From: the human T2T-CHM13v2.0 reference genome, Homo sapiens
NCBI RefSeq assembly: GCF_009914755.1
Contig: NC_060931.1
Strand: one strand, 5' to 3'
DNA length: 64,000 bases
Shown: positions 56,705-64,000 of the stretch, one piece after another
How the letters are laid out: each line of letters starts with the position of its first letter
Position numbering within the stretch: position 1 is the first letter of the stretch
Translations under genes and position numbers: made by a program
The notes under the pieces: generated by a model
Database searches by the model: none
What the model was told of the DNA's origin: nothing
What the model saw: the letters and a program-made list of their open reading frames with translations, nothing else

Positions 56705-57599
56705 AAATACCAGAGTGCAATAGAGAAGGTGCAAAGGAGAGCTGCTTCCCACACCCTTGCTCCTGGCCTGTGTGTGTCCGTGATGCTGGGTCATGGTCAA
56801 AAACACGGATGGCCGCTGACATGGGTCTTTACAGAGAAAGGCTCCATCCAATCTGAAAGGCCTGCAGCAGGCAGAACCTATCCGTAGATGAACACCCTCG
56901 CTCTCCAGAAGACAAGAAGCGGGAGTCGCAGCCTATTGAAGTGTAGACATGATGTCTACACAGCCACCCTGTGTCCTGCAAGAGCCCAGGCTCAGAGCGT
57001 GTGCACCGTGAGGGCCGCCTGTGCCGGAGCAGGCCGCTTCTCCGTAGCAACCACATCCCACAGTGTGGAGGTTCCCAGCGGCGGGTAGTGCGGAAAACAG
57101 GGAAGGCAGGAAAGAAACTTAGCCAGGCACTGAGTGCGTGGGAAGGCAAAACACTCTTTTCTCCTCCCACGGCGGGGGCGCTCCCTGGGCGATGCTCACG
57201 GAGAGTGGGAGGGCGTCCCGCACGGGGCAGAGCTGAAGGGTGGCGGGGGTCGGCTTCCTCCTCTCTGCCTCTTCCCTTCCGCCACGCTTCCTACCCACAC
57301 CAGCCAGTCTCCAGTAACAGATATAGAATGCCTTCATTTGGAACACGGAGAGACAAGCGTGCCGTGTGGGAAGGAGAGAAGCCGCTGCTGGAGCAAGCGT
57401 GGTCCCAGAGGAGAGCCTGATTTGAGTTAAAGCGAGAGGGCAGGAGAAGCAGTTGGGAATCGAGGCAGTGGGCCGAGGATGGCCCAGGTTCAAGAGGCAC
57501 AGTGGGAGGCTGCAGGTGTAAGGAGAAGGACGACTCAGGTGAGGGCTGCACAGGCGCTGAGGGGATGGGGCTCTGGGTGGTGACATCTCCAAGGCAAGA

Positions 57600-57760
57600 G
57601 AGCACGTAGATTTCAGAGCAAAACTATCTGGGTCAGAATCCCGGATCCACCCTTTATCACTATAAAATGTTGGGCAAGTACTCACAGTGCCTCTGCTCTC
57701 TCATGTATAAAATGTGAGGAACCATAGCACCAAAATCATGGAGGTGTTAGGCAGATGGAT
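57600..57760 (+). mobile_element. MIR fragment
   Basis: tctgggtcagaatcccgg...ttgggcaagta...tcatgtataaaatg. Confidence 0.6.
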
Positions 57761-57931
57761 GTGCTGGGAGGAAACCTGTTTACTAGGGGGCTGGGTTGGA
57801 GATGGGGAGCTTCTTATGATGTCTGCTGTCAGCAGCTTTAAAGGAGATGTGGGTGTCTATCCTGGTGGTCTCCCTATCAGCCTGGGATCAGGTGGTGAGT
57901 GGCTTCACCTACTAAGCCCAAAGATGTGTTA

Positions 57932-58297
<366 letters not shown>

Positions 58298-58562
58298 TCA
58301 TCTCCGTCATCTCCTAAGTGCTGCACCACTAACCAGGCAGATAGGACAGACACATGTCCAGAACATCGACGCGGGCCCATGTGCTTCCCTAGAGCAGCGC
58401 CCCCGAGGCAGGGACGGATAGGACTTCCACAGCATCATCGTCCTCTGAGAGGGAAGAAGCAACGTGGGAGGGCTGCATGGCCGGTGGGGGGTCCCTCTGG
58501 GATGTGCATGATGCTGGGGGAGGGGAAGGAGGAGCTGGAGACAGGGCAAGTCCTGGTAGCAG

Positions 58563-59116
58563 TGTCACCCGAAAAAGGGATCCTGATCCAGATGCCAAGA
58601 GAGGGTTCTTGGGTCTTGTGCAGGAAGGAGTTCAAGGTGAGTCTCAGAGTACAATGAGAAGACAGAGTTTATTGAAAGTTGCTCAGTTACAGAGCAGGGC
58701 GTCCTTGGAAAGCAAAGGGAGGAATGCGCCATCTTTGTTTTTCTCATATAGGGGCCTTGTCTATGTAAAGACTGAACTAAGCTGTGTCTGCTTGGGTGGG
58801 GGAGCCGACAGCATGACAAAATGTATATTATTCTATTGTTTTAAAGAAAAGGATCCTTAACATTTCAGTGTGTAAGTACATCAAAGCATAACTATAATTA
58901 TCTCCAAAGTGATAATGTTACCAGTACTGGACATCAAGGCTTTCTGTTGTTGGAGGAGTTTTTGTCCTTGCAGGCATCACCAAGTTGCTTCCTTAGCTGT
59001 AAACATCTTAGGACCATGGGCTGTGACTGGCAAGGAGCGGGCCTTGCTAGTTTCAAGATAGAGTTGGTTTTAAAAAGATGTTGCCCTGGCTCTCCTGGGC
59101 TCTTGCTTCCCTGACA
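58563..59116 (-). mobile_element. ERV1 solo LTR (MER66/MER4-group)
   Basis: TG...CA termini, 4-bp TSD gcag (58559-62 and 59117-20), and the gatccagatgccaagagagggttcttg motif of MER4-group LTRs. Confidence 0.85.
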
Positions 59117-61305
59117 GCAGGAGTCTCTTCTGCATTTTGTATACTGCAGCTATCTAGAATCTGCACACTGGAAGAACGTAAGTGTACAGGAACCAGGAAG
59201 CTTGGAGAGGCTGCTGGCCTCCTGGTCTTCCTGTAGGTACTAAGGAGGCCTCACCCTTCTGGGATCCAGGGTCTCTCCCTCAAGGCTTGGGTTAGGGACA
59301 TTAACATCTAAGGAACACTATCCACCGCAGGAGGCTGTAGCTCTGACGTGCCCAAGAGGAAAGCCCTGACCTACAGTGGCGGCCGCTCTGTTCTAGGATG
59401 TGGATGGCACAGACTGGTCAGAGAGAGCCAGAAGGTTCTGGGGGTGAGCTGCAGCTGTTGGCCCAGGGGTAAATGTTGGATTCTACCCAGTGCCATGTTA
59501 AGACCAAGGGAAAGACATGGTGGACGGGTGTGGCTCTAGTGAACGGGATTTCCACCTTAGATTCTGTTCCCCTTGAGCCATTTATTGAGCACCTGCTGTG
59601 TGCCATGCCCTGTGCGGGGCTGTTTGTCCTCCTGCTGGGGTTGTGTTTCTTGGGGGACATAGCTCTGGCCGCAGAGGGATTAATCATGCCTGAAGGACCT
59701 GGGAGGCCTCCAGGAAGTGTGGCCACTGGACACAGTCTAATTCCCTTCTCTTCCGAGACCTTCACGCTTGCCTCCTGCGGTCCTGCCCAGGCTACAAAGT
59801 TGACATTGTCTCCTAAACAGTTTCTTTGGTGCTAAATTGTCAGGTTGCAAAAGCTATGAGGGAATAAACGGGTGGTGCATGGAGCTGGTGTCACTCATTG
59901 ATCAACGTGCTATTATACGCTGGGGTACAAAGGGTGCCCGGTGACCCTTCCGAATCTATTATTTACTCGAAAGCAGTGACCACATCCACACACCCAGGGT
60001 GACACAGGGTGTGTGACGAGGCCCACAGATACATGCCGATTTGCAGGGGCACCTGCACTGGGTCTGGGGAGCCATCATCCTCCACAGGAGACAGCGACCA
60101 CCTGTGGATTTTTGAAAGAAAGGAGTGGCATGGATTTCCCCGAGCGCCACCTCTCATTCATCCTCTCCCATTCATGGTCACAGCCTGTGTTTGAGAGAAG
60201 GCTGTCCAGCTGGGGCCATCTGGGTGTGGAGCAGGATGAAGCTCACGTGCCAGTGTGGAATCGACACCCTCATTCTCTTTAGTATCATGCAGTCCCCACA
60301 GCGACTTCTGCTTCAGGCTAGTTCCGTAACCCGGGAAATTTTGAGGATGGAAAAGGGCAGGGACAGGAGCGGTCAGGAGTGGCTCAGCCCTGAGCCCAGG
60401 GTTTTGCCCAGCCGCCTTCCGTCTAGGCTGTCCCTCTATCCGCATCCAAGAAGCGGCATGCGGACATCTGTGACTGTGGAGGATGCCCATGCCCCTGTGG
60501 GGACAGGAATCCCTCTCCTCTACACAGAGGCCCTGAGCTGCTTCCTGGGGTCAGGACACACCTGCACAAGTTGAAAGGCCGGCTCTTGTTCTTTGAACAA
60601 TAGAACCAGGAATAATTAATCATCGGATATAGTTGGGCAGAGAAACTGCTTATAATTTACAATTAATTAACCTTCCCCTTAAAAAAAAACTGGAGACCTA
60701 ATTTCCTGTCTGATCCACATTGTTTTTGATATCCATTATTTTTCAATGTGTTTTTGTTGAGATTAGGAAATATTTGTGCAGAATATCTCAGTCCGATTAA
60801 GGTGACAATTGCTCAGGATTTTCGTTGAAACTGTGTATTATAATGAGGCTTTCTGCAGCGCATCATAAAAGGAAAAATTCTTTCCATCATTTAATTTAAA
60901 ACTAAAGCCAGACTATGTAAAAAATATTACATGTAATTTTAAGGCTATAACTTTGTTTTGTGGTGAAAAAATTCTAACTTTCAGATGAGGACAAAATAAG
61001 GTCAGCATTTTTTAAAACCCTTGGAAAATCCAAACTCTGGTAAATCTCAGCTGGTAGTTAAGTCACTGTCTAATTAGGATTCTAATTTCACAATCTCAAT
61101 TATTTTTAACTTTCTGGTGAATATTAACAGAATGATCAGTTTTGGCAAAATACTAGGAAGAAAAATGTAAACTAAGGAAATTAAAAATGATGATAGGGTT
61201 CACAATCCATATTACCTAAAACACTCAACCAGTCACTGTATAGATGAGTAATAACAAAGTCAGTCTCAGTATAATTGTGAACATTCCTTTTGAAATTGAA
61301 CATGT

Positions 61306-61812
61306 GAAGACACATGCACACGTATGTTTATTGCAGCACTATTTACAATAGCAAAGACTCGGAACCAACCCAAATGCTCATCAATGATAGACTGGATACA
61401 GGAAATGTGGCACATATACACCATGGAATACTATGCAGCCATAAAAAAGAATGAGTTCATGTCCTTTGCAGGGACATGGATGAAGCTGGAAACCATCATC
61501 CTCAGCAAACAAACACAGGAACAGAAAACCAAACACTGCATATTCTCACTCGTAAGTGGGAGTTGAACAATGAGAACACATGGACCCAGGGAGGGGAACA
61601 TCATACACTAGGGCCTGTCTGTGGGTGGGGGGAAAGAAGAGGGAGAGCATTAGGACAAATACCTAATGCATGCAGGGCTTAAAACCTAGATGACGGGTTG
61701 ATAGTTGCAGCAAACCACCACGGCACATGTATACCTATGTAACAAACCTGCACGTTCTGCACATGTATCCCAGAACTTAAAGTAAAATAAATTAAAAAAA
61801 AAAAAAAAAAAA
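61306..61812 (+). mobile_element. 5'-truncated L1PA (L1PA7/8-like) 3' end with poly(A)
   Basis: ORF MFIAALFTIAKT.NQPKC...MEYYAAIKKNEFMSFAGTWMKLE is the L1 ORF2 C-terminus; approximate TSD gaaattgaacatgt / gaaactgaacacatgt. Confidence 0.95.
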
Positions 61813-62079
61813 GAAACTGAACACATGTCAGGAGCTGAATTTAAAACAATGTTTTGGTCAGTACCAGGACACGAATGACAGGCTGCCTGCCTGTCCGACC
61901 CTGGGCCTTATAGACAGTGTCACTTGATAGGATGTTTTGAGACCCGGACATCCCCAGCAGCCCAGCATGCACAGGCTCAGAGCCCACAGGTGCACACTGG
62001 GGTTGTCATGGGAGACAGGTGAGGAGACTGGAGACAGGCAGGTGCAGAAATGTCTCTGTCAGTATTTCCCATGGGTTAT

Positions 62080-62280
62080 CTCTCACTTACTAGCTGTGTG
62101 AGCTTCGGCACATTATTTAAACTTTTTTCCCTTAGTTCCCTTAAGGGAAAAAATAAAGATAATAATAGTGTCTACCTGGAGTGATTGCGTTGAGGATTAA
62201 ATGAGTTAACCCATCTACGCAGTTAGAGCCGGCTTGGCGTGTGCTGGGTGCTCACCGACTGCTGGGTGTGGCCATCACCA
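62080..62280 (+). mobile_element. MIR
   Basis: cacttactagctgtgtgagcttcggcacattatttaaac...gaggattaaatgagttaa. Confidence 0.8.
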
Positions 62281-63099
62281 TCACCACCCTTCTAAGAGGA
62301 CTTACCCGGAAGCTGCCAAGTCTTACTGGAATTCAATAAGAAAACTTACTTCCAAAAATAAAAATAAAAGCCACACACACATTTTCCCTGTAAATCTTGA
62401 TAGGAAGAAGGAAAAGGTCAGGATGTTGCCGAGCCCTTGGGTTGGAAGAGGTCGGAGTGGGGCGCGTCCCAGGTCGGGAATGTTAGGACAAGGTGGCCTC
62501 TGTCTTCATCGTGTGTCTTGGGTCCCCCTTCGTAATGATACTGTCCTCACCACGTCTTTTTATTATGAAAAGGAAGAGTGGCGAGGACTTGAGTGGGACT
62601 GTTGGGTTGTTGTGTTGCAGAGGAAATATGCTTTTTGCAGAGGGCTTAGAAAACGTGCAGTGAAAAAAACAATGAGCCTTCTTGGCCCCAAGGCCTGTGG
62701 CTGCTGGCAGGACAGCGGTCATCTGCTCCAACCCCCTAGGGAAGAGTGAGCCGTTTGCTCTTTTTCTCTTCTCCAACTTCCCAGAACAATGAGGGTGATG
62801 AATGAAGAGGTTTCCCATGATAGTGAGGTAACTCTGTCAGTAGAAGCCCTGAGATGTCCAGAGGCCTGGGCTCACCAGGCCCCAGGTCAGAAGGCTCGGC
62901 AGCGCCCCACACTTGGCTTTCGGATCATCTCGTGCTGGGCTCATCTTCCCTTGCGGCTTCCTCTGCTCCCTCAGTTGGGCCCCTGCCTATACGTCTCCAG
63001 GCCCCCGAGGCTGGCATGCAGCCCCATGGTCATAATCAATGTTTTATGACACCTGCAGACTACAGGCAATAGTAGACGATTTTACGGATAATAGTTAAT

Positions 63100-63260
63100 A
63101 GAGCTCTCACATCGACAACCCAATGAGGGCAGCCTGCTTCTATCCCTGTTTACAGAGGAGGAAACTGAGGCACCCAGGGGCTGGGTCACTTGCCCATGGT
63201 CACAGCTGGTAGGGGGCAGGGCCGGATTTCAGCCTCGAAAGTCTAGCTCCTGAGGCCATG
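63100..63260 (-). mobile_element. MIR
   Basis: tttacagaggaggaaactgaggcac...cacttgcccatggtcacagctggt. Confidence 0.85.
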
Positions 63261-63501
63261 CTGCTGCCTGCCACCCATCCCACCTCCTTAAGGTGCTGTG
63301 TTCCCACCACTTCCTAATCCTCAATCTCCTCTCCCCTCCCCATCCAGGAAGCCTGCTAGGATGGTCCTTGTCCATATTCTCCTTCCTGGCCTCCACCTGA
63401 TGATAGCTTGTTGTGATACTTGATTCAGCTCGCGAGATATTCCTAGAACAACGAGAGAAAAATGAAGGCGCATTAGGCCCGCCACAATCAAAGCTGTCGT
63501 T

Positions 63502-63949
63502 CCCTTCTCCATCCCTCACGGCCCCCGAGGAACAGGCCAGCCCCTTTCCACCCGTCACATCCCCTGAAGAACAGGCCAGCCCCTTCTCCATCCTTTATAT
63601 CTGCTGAGGAACAAGCCAGCCCCTTCTCTATCCCTCATGGCCCCTGAGGAACAGGCCAGCCCCTTCTTCATCTTTCACGGCCCCTGAGGAACAGGCCAGC
63701 CTCTTTCCATCCCTCACGGCCCCTGAAGAACTGGCCAGCCCTTTCTCCATCCCTCAGGTCTCCTGAGGAACAGGCCAGCCCCTTCTCCATCCCTCACGTC
63801 CCCTGAGGAACTTGCCAGCCCCTTCTCCATCCCTCACGTTCCCTGAGGAACTGGGCAGCCCCTTCTCCATCCCTCACATCCCCTGAGGAACTGGGCAGCC
63901 CCTTCTCCATCCCTCACATCCTCTGAGGAACTGGCCAGCCTCTTCTCCT
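63502..63949 (+). repeat. C-rich VNTR, 40-bp unit, about 11 copies
   Basis: cccttctccatccctcacgtcccctgaggaacaggccagc. Confidence 0.95.
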
Positions 63950-64000
63950 TTCCAATGGGTGTGCAGGTCCCTCCCTGCGAGGCCCTGCAAGTGTCTGCAA

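Overview
Primate (very probably human) genomic DNA, almost entirely intronic. The only supportable coding sequence is one 121-nt internal exon at 34366-34486 (+). It reads [40 protein letters not shown](E), which I recognise as DPP6, the catalytically inactive DPP4-family Kv4 auxiliary subunit (human 7q36). The supplied ORF track missed it. The rest is two large introns containing a near full-length Tigger1 with two Alus inserted at one site, full-length THE1 and MSTA MaLR elements with TSDs, solo LTRs, Alus, L1/L2/MIR and MER DNA-transposon fragments, two purine/pyrimidine-skewed minisatellites and many short tandem duplications. Nearly all listed ORFs are repeat-derived or chance. I found no evidence of a wholly new gene system. 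The best leads are regulatory or structural: a strong CTCF-like site next to an octamer (about 51.0 kb), a repeated TGATGTAA/TAATTA motif cluster (17.6-18.6 kb), DUX4-type motifs in an antisense THE1, and a higher-order G-rich VNTR nested in an older degenerate duplication (54.7-57.4 kb). Repeat subfamily names and boundaries come from recalled consensus sequences and are approximate.
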